Source: a plasmid. Taken from it: DNA of 64,000 nt. A program made the translations under genes and the position numbers. Of the stretch, positions 18,492-28,066 are shown one piece after another. The notes under the pieces are model-generated. The model worked only from the letters and a program-made list of their open reading frames with translations, searched no databases and was not told the origin of the DNA. The first letter of the stretch is position 1, and each line of letters begins with the position of its first letter. The DNA lies in the NCBI RefSeq assembly GCF_054482595.1, contig NZ_JBTHVH010000004.1, one strand, 5' to 3'.

Positions 18492-21479
18492 ATGGCAAGG
18501 AGGCAGATTCTTTCTCTGTCGGAAAGAGAATCATTACTGGCATTACCGGACGATGAGTTAACGCTGACCCGAATGGCCTATTTCAGTGAGCATGATCTGG
18601 CGCTTATCAGTGCTCACCGTAAACCCGCCAGCCGTTTTGGTTTTGCCGTCCTTCTTTGCTATCTGAAAAATGTCGGCTTTGCCCCGGATAAAAAAATCTC
18701 TCCCTCTGATGCGCTGCTGAAGCATATCGCCAGCAGGCTAAAGCTTACCGGGGATCTCTGGCCTGCTTACCTTTCCGGCCGGGATACGACCCTGCGTGAG
18801 CATTTAACCGAACTGTACCGCTATCTTGGCGTAAAGGCGTTCACCGGCAAAATACAGCAGGACTGTATTACGCACCTGTTATCGATGGCGACGCGCACCG
18901 ATAAAGGCATTCTCCTAGCCGAAGAGTTACTTGTCTATCTCCGGCAGAACAACGTGATAATCCCCGCGATTGATGTCGTGGAGCGTACCTGTGCTGAAGT
19001 CATGGCAGGCGGCGATAAAATCGTATTTCAGACCCTGAATGCCCCGTTAACTCCGGCTCACAGGGATGCCCTGGATCATTTACTTGAGTCATCAGATAAT
19101 CAGCCTTCCAGGCTGACATGGCTTCTGCAACCGCCGGGTAAAATCAATGGTAAGAACGTGCTGCAACATCTTGATCGGCTCAGCAGCATTGAATCGCTGG
19201 CATTACCTGAAGGTATAGATCGTACCATTCACCAGAACCGGTTGCTGAAACTGGCGCGGGAAGGCCGAAAGATGAGTAGCCGGGATTTGACCCGATTTTC
19301 AGCTGCCCGGCGTCATGCGATCCTGGTGTGCGTGCTGGAAGAAGCCAGAGCCACACTGACAGACGAAGTGATTGAGCTGCATGAGCGAATGCTGAATAGT
19401 CTTTTCAGCAAAGCCAAACGAACACAGGCTGAGCGCCTTCAGCAGACCGGAAAGCTGATCCAGTCAAAACTGAGGCAGTACATCGATGTCGGTCAGGCGC
19501 TGTCTGATGCCCGTGATTCCGGTGGCGATCCCTGGCTCGCAATAGAAAACATACTCCCATGGGCTGAATTTGTCGCCAGTCTGGATGAAACACGCCATCT
19601 CGCCAGAAAAAATAATTTTGACCCGCTGCATATTATTACCGAGAAATACAGCACATTACGGAAATATGCCCCACGCATGTTGTCCGCTTTACAGTTAGTC
19701 GCAACCCCGGCAGCGCAACCTCTGGCTGATGCACTGGTTGTGATCAAGGATATGTACCGGAAGCAGTCACGTAAAGTTCCGGCGGCAGCGCCGCTTGAGT
19801 TTGTCCCTGAAAGCTGGCGCAAGGTGGTGATTACACCTGTGGGTATTGACCGGCAGTACTATGAGTTTTGTGCACTCAGCGAGCTTAAGGGGGCGTTGCG
19901 CTCCGGGGATATCTGGGTTAAAGGCTCGCGCCGCTACAAAAATTTTGATGATTACCTCATACCCGAGAAGGACTTTGACAAACTCACACCGGCACTGCCA
20001 CTGCCCGTATCTGCTGATTATCATGAGTACATTACCAGCCGTATGACCCTGCTTCAGTCCAGACTTGAAGAGGTCAATGCCATGGCTGCCCTTGGTGAAC
20101 TGCCCGATGTGGAAATATCCGACAGGGGCGTAAAAGTCTCTCCGCTGGATAACTGCGTTCCGGCGCAGGTTTCACCGCTGGCAGAGCTGGTTTACAGCAT
20201 GCTACCGCGACCTAAAATCACGGAAATTCTCGATGAGGTAAACAGCTGGACGACGTTTACCCGACATTTTTCGCATATAAAAAATGACATTACCCGTCCC
20301 GATACCCGCTTGCTCCTCACCACCATTCTTGCGGATGGCATCAATCTTGGCCTGACCAAAATGGCAGAAGCCTGCCCCGGGAGCACCAAATCATCACTCG
20401 AAGATATTCAGGCATGGTACATCCGTGACGAAACCTATTCAGCCGCTCTTGCAGAGCTGGTAAATGCGCAGGGGAAAAGACCGTTGGCGGCATTTTGGGG
20501 AGACGGAACAACGTCATCATCAGATGGACAAAATTTCAGAACCGGCAGCTCAGGCCGCTACGCAGGGCAGGTTAACCCGAAATATGGGCAAGAGCCTGGA
20601 CGTCAGTTTTATACCCATATTTCGGATCAATACAGCCCGTTTTACACCTGCATAATCAGTCGGGTCAGGGATTCAACCCATGTTCTCGATGGCTTGCTGT
20701 ACCACGAAAGCGACCTGGAAATCAGGGAACATTACACCGATACCGCTGGTTTCACCGATCATGTCTTTGCCCTGATGCATCTGTTGGGATTTGCGTTCTG
20801 TCCGCGAATCAGGGATCTCCACGACAAAAAACTGTTTATCAAAGGGAAAGCAGAGAAATACCCGGCGCTTCAGTCACTGATATCAACGACCAGCCTGAAT
20901 CTGAAAGAGATCGAAATCCACTGGCGTGAAGTGCTGCGTCTGGCAACCTCGATAAAGCAGGGAACCGTGACGGCATCCCTGATGCTGAAAAAGCTTGCCA
21001 GCTATCCCAAGCAAAACGGACTTGCCAAAGCACTGAGAGAAATTGGCCGCATTGAGCGAACCCTGTTTATGCTCGACTGGTTCCGCGACCCGGCTCTGCG
21101 TCGGCGGGTACAGGCGGGGCTGAATAAAGGCGAAGCCCGTAACGCGCTGGCGCGTGCGGTATTTATGCACCGACTGGGAGAAATCAGGGACAGAAAACCG
21201 GAAAATCAGAGCTATCGCGCCAGTGGACTGACGCTGCTGACGGCTGCCATATCCCTGTGGAATACCGTCTATATGGAAAGAGCGGTCGATGCCCTGAAGC
21301 GTAAAGGGGTGAAGATCAACGAGCAACTGCTGTCGCATTTGTCGCCGTTGGGCTGGGAACACATCAATCTGACAGGTGATTATATCTGGAAAAGCAACCG
21401 GATACCGGCTTCTGGTAAGTTTCGTCGGCTAAGACCAGCTAAAGTCGAAAGGTCAAAAAACAGCCTTAACGTACAATAA
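18492..21479 (+). CDS. tnpA: Tn3-family transposase, full length (995 aa)
   Basis: From [19 protein letters not shown] onward it aligns over its whole length with the Tn21-type TnpA at 59496..62447. The stop lies inside the terminal IR. Confidence 0.9.
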   Translation: MARRQILSLSERESLLALPDDELTLTRMAYFSEHDLALISAHRKPASRFGFAVLLCYLKNVGFAPDKKISPSDALLKHIASRLKLTGDLWPAYLSGRDTTLREHLTELYRYLGVKAFTGKIQQDCITHLLSMATRTDKGILLAEELLVYLRQNNVIIPAIDVVERTCAEVMAGGDKIVFQTLNAPLTPAHRDALDHLLESSDNQPSRLTWLLQPPGKINGKNVLQHLDRLSSIESLALPEGIDRTIHQNRLLKLAREGRKMSSRDLTRFSAARRHAILVCVLEEARATLTDEVIELHERMLNSLFSKAKRTQAERLQQTGKLIQSKLRQYIDVGQALSDARDSGGDPWLAIENILPWAEFVASLDETRHLARKNNFDPLHIITEKYSTLRKYAPRMLSALQLVATPAAQPLADALVVIKDMYRKQSRKVPAAAPLEFVPESWRKVVITPVGIDRQYYEFCALSELKGALRSGDIWVKGSRRYKNFDDYLIPEKDFDKLTPALPLPVSADYHEYITSRMTLLQSRLEEVNAMAALGELPDVEISDRGVKVSPLDNCVPAQVSPLAELVYSMLPRPKITEILDEVNSWTTFTRHFSHIKNDITRPDTRLLLTTILADGINLGLTKMAEACPGSTKSSLEDIQAWYIRDETYSAALAELVNAQGKRPLAAFWGDGTTSSSDGQNFRTGSSGRYAGQVNPKYGQEPGRQFYTHISDQYSPFYTCIISRVRDSTHVLDGLLYHESDLEIREHYTDTAGFTDHVFALMHLLGFAFCPRIRDLHDKKLFIKGKAEKYPALQSLISTTSLNLKEIEIHWREVLRLATSIKQGTVTASLMLKKLASYPKQNGLAKALREIGRIERTLFMLDWFRDPALRRRVQAGLNKGEARNALARAVFMHRLGEIRDRKPENQSYRASGLTLLTAAISLWNTVYMERAVDALKRKGVKINEQLLSHLSPLGWEHINLTGDYIWKSNRIPASGKFRRLRPAKVERSKNSLNVQ

Positions 21480-21502
21480 TTTTCGATATCCAAACTGACC
21501 CC
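21465..21502. repeat. 38-bp terminal IR of the unnamed Tn3-family element (outer end at 21502)
   Basis: Reverse complement reads GGGGTCAGTTTGGATATCGAAAATTATTGTACGTTAAG, which carries the GGGG…ACGnTAAG family signature. Confidence 0.8.
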
Positions 21503-21687
21503 GAATACAAGGACAATGCCGGTACCGCCTGATTACTTCTGGCGTCGTCTACAATGTTACTCCAGGCATATGCTGCGTCGTCCGGGGTTTGTTTTGGATC
21601 TATGTCCAATGTCGGCCAGACGTGGCCCTGATGATTCTTGCCCTTTGTACAGGAAGTGATTAAGTGTACTGAGCGTTCAGAGAACAT
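21503..21687 (-). pseudogene. N-terminal fragment of a gene cut by the Tn3-family insertion (possibly DUF6884-like)
   Basis: MFSERSVHLITSCTKGKN…AVPALSLYSGSVW then reads straight into the IR. The SCxxxK … A..LY.G pattern resembles DUF6884 as I recall it. Confidence 0.3.
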
Positions 21688-21832
21688 TATCTTCCTTACA
21701 TACCCATAGAACAGCTTTCTAAGAACGGTGGGCTCGGCTGAAAATTACAAATCAGCCCCTTTCACGGCATCATTTTGATTCTTCGCGTCTGCCCCAGTAA
21801 GATGACCGGTTTTCTGCATGACAGTGTTATTC

Positions 21833-22126
21833 CTAACAAACGCAACACAAAACCACGCCAGCCAGAGCAAATTTTTTCATTTGCTGCGTAAAGAGCCTAT
21901 TGTTTTCTCTTTTAAGCTTCGCCCACTCGTTACAGAGGGTAACATCATCAAGCGCTGTTATATGCTTCGCCTCACCTTCGACGATAACGGTATGGATACC
22001 GTATGCTGTAAATCTCATACTATTTTCCAGAACCCAGTTGCGGTATTCGTCGAGTCCACCTTCGGAACCGGTAGCTCTGCGCCACATTTCAATTTGCTTG
22101 TGTGATGGGTCAAGTGTACTTGTCAT
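21833..22126 (-). CDS. Hypothetical protein (97 aa)
   Basis: ORF only, with no recognisable motif. It is transcribed divergently from the 22769 operon. Confidence 0.4.
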   Translation of the reverse strand: MTSTLDPSHKQIEMWRRATGSEGGLDEYRNWVLENSMRFTAYGIHTVIVEGEAKHITALDDVTLCNEWAKLKRENNRLFTQQMKKFALAGVVLCCVC

Positions 22127-22768
22127 TGAAGCCTCGTCTCAGCGATAACGCTTGAAATAGCCCGCTTTGGTCATCATGAAATTAGCCATCTGACTGGCGA
22201 TTTGATTGTATCTTACTCATAGTGCCCTACCTATAGGTTAAAAAGGGGCATTTTCGCTTTATAGCGTGTTCAGCAGCATCAATCCTCCCAAGAAAGGCTG
22301 GCTTATTAAGCCGGTCCATCATTTTCTGTATATCTCTCATCAATTTTTATATCCGCCCTGGAGTGCACCGTTCAAGCACACCGATTAGGCAGATAGTCAC
22401 TAGTTAACTCTTTACTAGTGACTAAATTCCATTGATATACGTGACAACGTCACGTCATGAAAGCTTTTAAATGCCTATTTTTCATACAATGGGATTTAAT
22501 TAGGAGTAAATCCCATAGGCTTACATAAGGATGACAATTAAAAGCGTTAAATATCAACCAGATAGAATGATTACCCCCAATTAATGGGCTCATCACATTA
22601 TTTCACTGGCTGGGGTTATTGCTGGCATATCTGAAAGTGCTAATATGTTAGTCATTAGTAATTAGTAAAGCCTTTACTAAACGCGTTTCTACGTAAATTC
22701 TATAGGTTTTATAGTGTCCTACCTTTGCTCAAATCAAAATGTTCTGACATACCAAAATGGAGTGTAAA

Positions 22769-23587
22769 ATGACTCAAAACCAGGGTTCTGAGCCAGTACC
22801 GGCGAGCCGGACAGGGCAGCTCATCAGCGCCCGGGATATGGCCATGCAGAAATTCGAAGAAGGGATGCGGTTAATCTCGGAAGCGTCGGAACTGTGCGGT
22901 CTCTCTCTCTTCACCAGCAGAATTATGCAGCCCAACGCATTTGGTCTTCCGTCGTCACTGGATCGCACCATCGAGGAGGGGCGTAAGGAAATTGACCGTA
23001 AAACGTGGAAAAGGCTCTTTGAAGAAACAGGTATGGACCGGTACTGGAACCATAAGCAAAAAGAAGCCTTTAACGAATCCCTTCGTACGGATCCGCCCGT
23101 CGCTTCCCTGGAGATTGTTAAGGGAACATTACAGCATGCACTGGCTAACAGACGAGACACCCTTGCAGAAGGTTTCGTTGATGTTCTCAACAAGCTTGAC
23201 CGAAGTTTCAAAAGCAATGCCAGGCAATATACAATGCCAAAAAAGCTTGTTCTTCGGGGGATTTTTCCTGGTGTGAACGTGCTGAGGTACAACGGTTTCT
23301 CGCAGGACAATCACTTTTGTTTACGCGACTTTGAGAATATTGTATGCATCTGTTCTGATACTCCAACACCTGCAACCGGCGGTGGGCTGAGTATGGTCGA
23401 CAGGCTGACGGCCATGAGAAATACAGAATTCACAGGCGAGGTCAGTGATGAGAATGGCTGGCGGTGTCGCCTGTTTGAGAATGGAAACGTTCATATTTGC
23501 ATCGACAGTATCTCGCTTCTGAATGCTCTGAACGATCTTATCAGCATATATTTTGCAAACCAGCTTCCGGCCGCAGGAAAAAAATGA
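22769..23587 (+). CDS. DUF4942-domain protein, stand-alone (no methyltransferase domain)
   Basis: Segments …WKRLFEETGMDRYWNHKQKEAFNESLRTDPP…FVDVLNKLDRSFKSN… and …LFENGNVHICI…LNALNDLISIYF resemble the DUF4942 module found N-terminal to plasmid/ICE N6-methylases. The start is taken at MTQNQ after a GGAG; an alternative start lies at 22757. Confidence 0.55.
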   Translation: MTQNQGSEPVPASRTGQLISARDMAMQKFEEGMRLISEASELCGLSLFTSRIMQPNAFGLPSSLDRTIEEGRKEIDRKTWKRLFEETGMDRYWNHKQKEAFNESLRTDPPVASLEIVKGTLQHALANRRDTLAEGFVDVLNKLDRSFKSNARQYTMPKKLVLRGIFPGVNVLRYNGFSQDNHFCLRDFENIVCICSDTPTPATGGGLSMVDRLTAMRNTEFTGEVSDENGWRCRLFENGNVHICIDSISLLNALNDLISIYFANQLPAAGKK

Positions 23588-24789
23588 TGATTGAAAATGA
23601 TAAAGAAAAAAGCCTGAACGATGCTACCCCGCCAGAGGTGCAGAATGACATCCGCAGCGAATCCACTGAAAAATCAAAGGAAATGGGTCGTTCAAGGTAC
23701 TCATCTATCGCGATGATCGATTACTTCAATGCAATCGAACGTCTGTGCAAAGAGAAAGAAATTAACCCGGAAAATATCGATCTGAGCTTCAAAGTTCACT
23801 GGCTCAGAAACGCTGTTGGCGGCTCGTTTGCAAGGTCACAGGAGATGTTCGCGGAGTACCAGAAGTATGTTAAAGAGGTTCCTGAAGAGGCCCGTTACCT
23901 GGATATACCCGATGAGGTAAAGGTTGCACTCGGCGATATTATCTCGTACATCACCTGGCACTACCGTAGAAGCTATACCGCAATACAGAATGATAGTGTT
24001 AAAAAAGCTGAAGCACGTAGCATGCAGCTGGAGGAGGAGGTAACGCAGCTGTTACAGCGGCTTGAGCAAAGCGCTACCGATATGGATGAGCTGAAACTTG
24101 AGAATCAGGCACTACAGGGTCGATTAGAGATCCGGGACAGTACCGTCAAGGAGTTAGAAACAAGGCTGAATGTTGCCGAAGCAGAACTCGAAACCTGCCA
24201 TCACCAGTTAGATAGCACACGGCATGAATTGAGCCTCGCACAGCAGTCAAATGACTCACTCTCCCAGCAACTGGCTGAACGTAAAACAGAGATCGCTGGT
24301 CACCTTGAATATCAAAAAAAGCTGAACGAAGAGATCAACACGCAGCGTTCTGATAACGCCGGTCTTTCCAGACAATGCGACCAGTTAAGTCAGACTGTGT
24401 CAGATACAAAGGCAGAGAGGGACAGGTTTGAACAGGAATTGATTGCTGCACAGAACCTTTGTACTGAGCTGAAAAGTGCACTGTCCGGGAAAGAGGGTGA
24501 CCTGGTGGCGGTGAATGCCGAGCTTACTGAACTCCATAAACTAAACGAGTCGCTGAGCGCCGACCTGAATAAAGTAACTTTGGTCAGCCAGGGCTATGAA
24601 GCGGAAGTGGCTGAACAAAGCAATGAACTCAAAACGCTCCAGGCCAAAGTAATGAAGCTGGAAGCTACCCTGGAGGCGGAGAAAACAATCTCAGAATCCC
24701 TAAAAGGCACCATTGATACATTAACTGGTGCAATGGCAGGGGGAGGTACTGGAAAGTCAAAACAGCCGCGTAGCAGAAAAACATCATGA
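23584..24789 (+). CDS. KfrA-like protein: N-terminal DNA-binding-like domain plus long coiled coil
   Basis: The ATGA start/stop overlap with the upstream gene suggests translational coupling. The N-terminus (…AIERLCKEKEINPENIDLSFKVHWLRNAVGGSFARSQEMFAEYQ) resembles KfrA_N. About 250 aa of heptad-rich Q/E/L sequence follow. Confidence 0.5.
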   Translation: MMIENDKEKSLNDATPPEVQNDIRSESTEKSKEMGRSRYSSIAMIDYFNAIERLCKEKEINPENIDLSFKVHWLRNAVGGSFARSQEMFAEYQKYVKEVPEEARYLDIPDEVKVALGDIISYITWHYRRSYTAIQNDSVKKAEARSMQLEEEVTQLLQRLEQSATDMDELKLENQALQGRLEIRDSTVKELETRLNVAEAELETCHHQLDSTRHELSLAQQSNDSLSQQLAERKTEIAGHLEYQKKLNEEINTQRSDNAGLSRQCDQLSQTVSDTKAERDRFEQELIAAQNLCTELKSALSGKEGDLVAVNAELTELHKLNESLSADLNKVTLVSQGYEAEVAEQSNELKTLQAKVMKLEATLEAEKTISESLKGTIDTLTGAMAGGGTGKSKQPRSRKTS

Positions 24790-24842
24790 TAAATGAAGCC
24801 AGGTTGATACACTTCTCTGCATCCCCTGGCACATAAGAACTT

Positions 24843-24867
24843 CTGCGGACATTCAGCCCGTCCGCAG
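24843..24867. terminator. Hairpin between convergent genes
   Basis: CTGCGGAC-attcagccc-GTCCGCAG followed by a T-run. It overlaps the stop of the 67-aa ORF. Confidence 0.5.
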
Positions 24868-25056
24868 GAGTTTTCGTCCTTCAGTCAACAAATGCACTAC
24901 CTTTTTTGAGTCTCCACTTTCCAGAGCAGAAAACACGTTACCGATTCTACCAACAGCTTGTATCTGAGTGATAACCCCAGTCTTGTAATCATCTAGGATC
25001 CCTGACAGGAAAGCGTTCAGTTTTGTCTGTTCGCTTAGCGAAAGCATGTAGGACAT
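24853..25056 (-). CDS. Hypothetical small protein (67 aa), last gene of the dcm-led cassette
   Basis: The ORF starts 12 bp after the DUF1173 stop. No motif was recognised. Confidence 0.45.
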   Translation of the reverse strand: MSYMLSLSEQTKLNAFLSGILDDYKTGVITQIQAVGRIGNVFSALESGDSKKVVHLLTEGRKLLRTG

Positions 25057-25068
25057 TTTTTCTCCATT

Positions 25069-26388
25069 TTAAGCAGGTGTGTCAGTTGAAAGAGGTTTGC
25101 GTGATTCTGGAAAATGAGGCAGCACCATAGTTTCAGATGCTGTGGTCGCATCCCAGTGCCACCATCCATAAGGCCCATATTCACGGTTGTAATAATCTTT
25201 TTTGAGTTGCTTTCGGGCCAGATAAGCAGGAGTGGCCATACCAAATACTTCCATCGGGAACGGCTTATCGCTTTTTGTGTCGAGCAGGTAGAAGTCAGGG
25301 AACACCTCACTAATACTCGCATCATAACGCATGGGCTTAACGTACTGCCGGTGCTCTGCATCCAGCTTTTCTGCAACAACCGCCTCATAGGAGGAGTCCA
25401 GAGGTATCCAGTTCTCGCTAACGTGCATCAGCACAATTTGATGAGCTCTTACAGAAGGGCCTCTGCCGGTTACCGCAGCTGGTGACGTCAACGCAAAGAC
25501 AACTATTTTCGCCCCGGATTTCCATGCTGCGTACTCCGATGAAAATCGTTTCTTTACGCTATCCCAATGGACTTCTGAATTGAAAAAAATCAGCGGTAGC
25601 CCCCCAAAATTCCGCAGGGGTAAAAATTTAAGTGGCTTCTCATGCTTTTCAGCATCGTAGCGAGGTAAAACTGACAGGAGCATGAGACGTTTATCACTCA
25701 TCGCCTGTGATGAAAGACGCTGAATTTGCGACTGAGCGACAGGTTGTTTCGGGTCAGGTACACCAATGAATAAATGGTCACCTATGCAGGCTCTGCCGGT
25801 ACGAATTTGTTTAGCGGTTTCAAGCAGACGATACCGTACCAGTGAATCGTTACGTTTCCCTGCCATTTTCGGGTACCAGACATTCAGACCAGACTCTGTC
25901 CACAAAAGACTAAGCAAGCCCAGGAGGGTCATTGAGGCCTGACCTCCTTCTGGTCGCTGAACATGGGGCAGGGGAGGCACTTCTGATTTTTCAGGAGGAT
26001 CTTTCTCTGTCATACCGATACCGAGCCTTACAGCCATATCACCTTCGGTTGTAATCCGGACCACACCACTCGCATATCCTTTCAGGCCGGTATGCCGGGC
26101 ATCAAGGGAGAAGAATACACAGGAAGGATCATGCTCAATGCCCGTGTTAGCGGCTTTGACGAGAATAAAGGCATCACCGTTCGGTAAAGCACGAACATAA
26201 AGTCGCTTTTCTCCTTTTCCACGACATCCGCAGGTGATGACTGATTTTTGACCTGAGGTGTGGTGTGCCTTTTTAAGAGCCGACTGCCACCCTTTAGCAA
26301 ACTCATCCTGCGTTTGAAAGTCAGGTGAATACCTTTTGACGTTTGGATCGTCGTCGTAAGCAATCATCACTGCGAATTTTTGGCTCAT
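25069..26388 (-). CDS. DUF1173-family protein (439 aa)
   Basis: The family assignment rests on three blocks recalled from DUF1173 proteins of plasmids and ICEs: VITCGCRGKGEKRLYVRA, LLGLLSLLWTESGLNVWYPKMAGKRNDSLVRYRLL and SENWIPLDS. Confidence 0.6.
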   Translation of the reverse strand: MSQKFAVMIAYDDDPNVKRYSPDFQTQDEFAKGWQSALKKAHHTSGQKSVITCGCRGKGEKRLYVRALPNGDAFILVKAANTGIEHDPSCVFFSLDARHTGLKGYASGVVRITTEGDMAVRLGIGMTEKDPPEKSEVPPLPHVQRPEGGQASMTLLGLLSLLWTESGLNVWYPKMAGKRNDSLVRYRLLETAKQIRTGRACIGDHLFIGVPDPKQPVAQSQIQRLSSQAMSDKRLMLLSVLPRYDAEKHEKPLKFLPLRNFGGLPLIFFNSEVHWDSVKKRFSSEYAAWKSGAKIVVFALTSPAAVTGRGPSVRAHQIVLMHVSENWIPLDSSYEAVVAEKLDAEHRQYVKPMRYDASISEVFPDFYLLDTKSDKPFPMEVFGMATPAYLARKQLKKDYYNREYGPYGWWHWDATTASETMVLPHFPESRKPLSTDTPA

Positions 26389-26410
26389 AGTAGTCTCCTA
26401 AACAGGAAGT

Positions 26411-26578
26411 TTAATATCCCAACCAGAGCAACACTTCCTGAGCGTCATACTGTTCCTTTACGCCCATGTCGCTAAAGAATTCTTCGAAATCTGTTTCGGG
26501 AACGCAATGCCTGGACAGTTCTTGTAATGCTCGTTCTTTAGATACCGTCTCACCTTCAGCTGATTCGAAATACGTCAT
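26411..26578 (-). CDS. Small acidic protein (55 aa), not in the supplied ORF track
   Basis: My translation gives MTYFESAEGETVSKERALQELSRHCVPETDFEEFFSDMGVKEQYDAQEVLLWLGY*. A GAGG lies 6 nt upstream, and the ORF sits between dcm and the DUF1173 gene. Confidence 0.5.
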   Translation of the reverse strand: MTYFESAEGETVSKERALQELSRHCVPETDFEEFFSDMGVKEQYDAQEVLLWLGY

Positions 26579-26638
26579 GGTTGACCTCTGACATTATTAC
26601 AACAATCTTAAGCATTTAAATTGATGAAGGAGCTCAGG

Positions 26639-28066
26639 TCAGCTGACTTCGTCGTAAAACTGCCGCAAGCGCTGGGAGGCTGCAAATTCAATTCGTGACT
26701 TCAGCAGTTTGGCGACGGCCGCAAAGACATCAACGACCACGGAGTTCCCAAACTGTCTGTAAGCCTGTGTATTGGACACAGGGATACGGAAAACACTTTC
26801 CCCGGGTTTATCGAAGCCCATTAGCCTGCTGCATTCACGTGGCGTTAGCATGCGTGGCCGACGGTCCATGTTGTATGTGTTATGGAAATCAGTTTCTCCC
26901 AGTTCATGAGACCAGCCCCGATCAATAAGAATTTCAGATCCGTCTTTCATATAGCGGCTTGAGAGGGTTATGGTGACACTATTAACATTGGAAGGATCTA
27001 CTAGTCCAAAACCAAAACCATTGCCTTTTGCCGCATGTTTCTTTGCATAGTTGTATAAGTACTCCCAGAGTTTAGGGGAGAGGATGTATTTACTATCTAC
27101 GCTCGGATCCAGTAAATCTGAGAGAGAAGGGCGCTTGTCCGGATAAAAGTCTTTAATGTCTCTCAGAGTAAAACCGTCTTTCAGACGTAGGTCGCGGCGA
27201 AAACCAATAAGGACGATACGTTCACGGTGCTGGGGTCGGAAATGACGGCCATCGATGACTTTAGGATCATCCGCGCCCGTGCTTTCGCTGTTTGCGACGT
27301 CGTAGCCAAGCTCATCGAGCGTTTTCATGATGATGTTAAAGGTATTACCCTTATCGTGACTCTTCAGATTTTTTACGTTTTCCAGAACAAAAATTGCAGG
27401 TTGTTTTGCCCGGATGATCCTGGCCACATCAAAGAAGAGCGTACCCTGAGTGTCGCACTCGAAACCGTGTTTGCGACCCATAGAGTTCTTTTTACTGACA
27501 CCGGCGATGCTGAATGGCTGGCATGGAAATCCCGCAAGAAGAACATCATGATCCGGGATAGAGGCATCGATAAATTTGTATGCCTCGTCATCAGTAACCT
27601 CGGGCCGGTTGCTAAGAGTGATGTCACGGATGTCTGAATTGAAGCGGTGCTCGTTCTCATCGCAATACCAGTTCGCCCGGTAAGTACGGCTGGAATAAGT
27701 ATTCCATTCGCTCGTGAAAAGACATTTACCACCGATGGCATCAAATCCGCTTCGCAGTCCACCTATCCCTGCAAACAGATCGATAAAGCTAAAGTGCCTG
27801 TCCTCATAATCAGCAGGTCGTGAAGGTATTAAAGTCTGTAGATAGCGTCCATCTGCGATACTCAGCTCACAATGCTCAGGTATGCATGTAACCTGACGTT
27901 TAAGGGATGCACGGGACCAATTACTGCCATTTTCATCATTTAATACCTGAGCCAGATATTTCAGGTCATAAATGGTCGAAGCTGTTAACAAAGTTTTGTG
28001 GATCAGAGATGGTGTTTTATCCACATCATTCAGGTCTGTCTCAAGATCATGAGTGTAACGTTTCAT
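26639..28066 (-). CDS. dcm: DNA cytosine-5 methyltransferase, Dcm / M.EcoRII-like (predicted CCWGG)
   Basis: All C5-MTase motifs are present: [42 protein letters not shown] and GNSVVV. By eye it is collinear with E. coli Dcm, including the ~95-aa N-terminal extension. An alternative GTG start lies at 28108. Confidence 0.85.
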   Translation of the reverse strand: MKRYTHDLETDLNDVDKTPSLIHKTLLTASTIYDLKYLAQVLNDENGSNWSRASLKRQVTCIPEHCELSIADGRYLQTLIPSRPADYEDRHFSFIDLFAGIGGLRSGFDAIGGKCLFTSEWNTYSSRTYRANWYCDENEHRFNSDIRDITLSNRPEVTDDEAYKFIDASIPDHDVLLAGFPCQPFSIAGVSKKNSMGRKHGFECDTQGTLFFDVARIIRAKQPAIFVLENVKNLKSHDKGNTFNIIMKTLDELGYDVANSESTGADDPKVIDGRHFRPQHRERIVLIGFRRDLRLKDGFTLRDIKDFYPDKRPSLSDLLDPSVDSKYILSPKLWEYLYNYAKKHAAKGNGFGFGLVDPSNVNSVTITLSSRYMKDGSEILIDRGWSHELGETDFHNTYNMDRRPRMLTPRECSRLMGFDKPGESVFRIPVSNTQAYRQFGNSVVVDVFAAVAKLLKSRIEFAASQRLRQFYDEVS

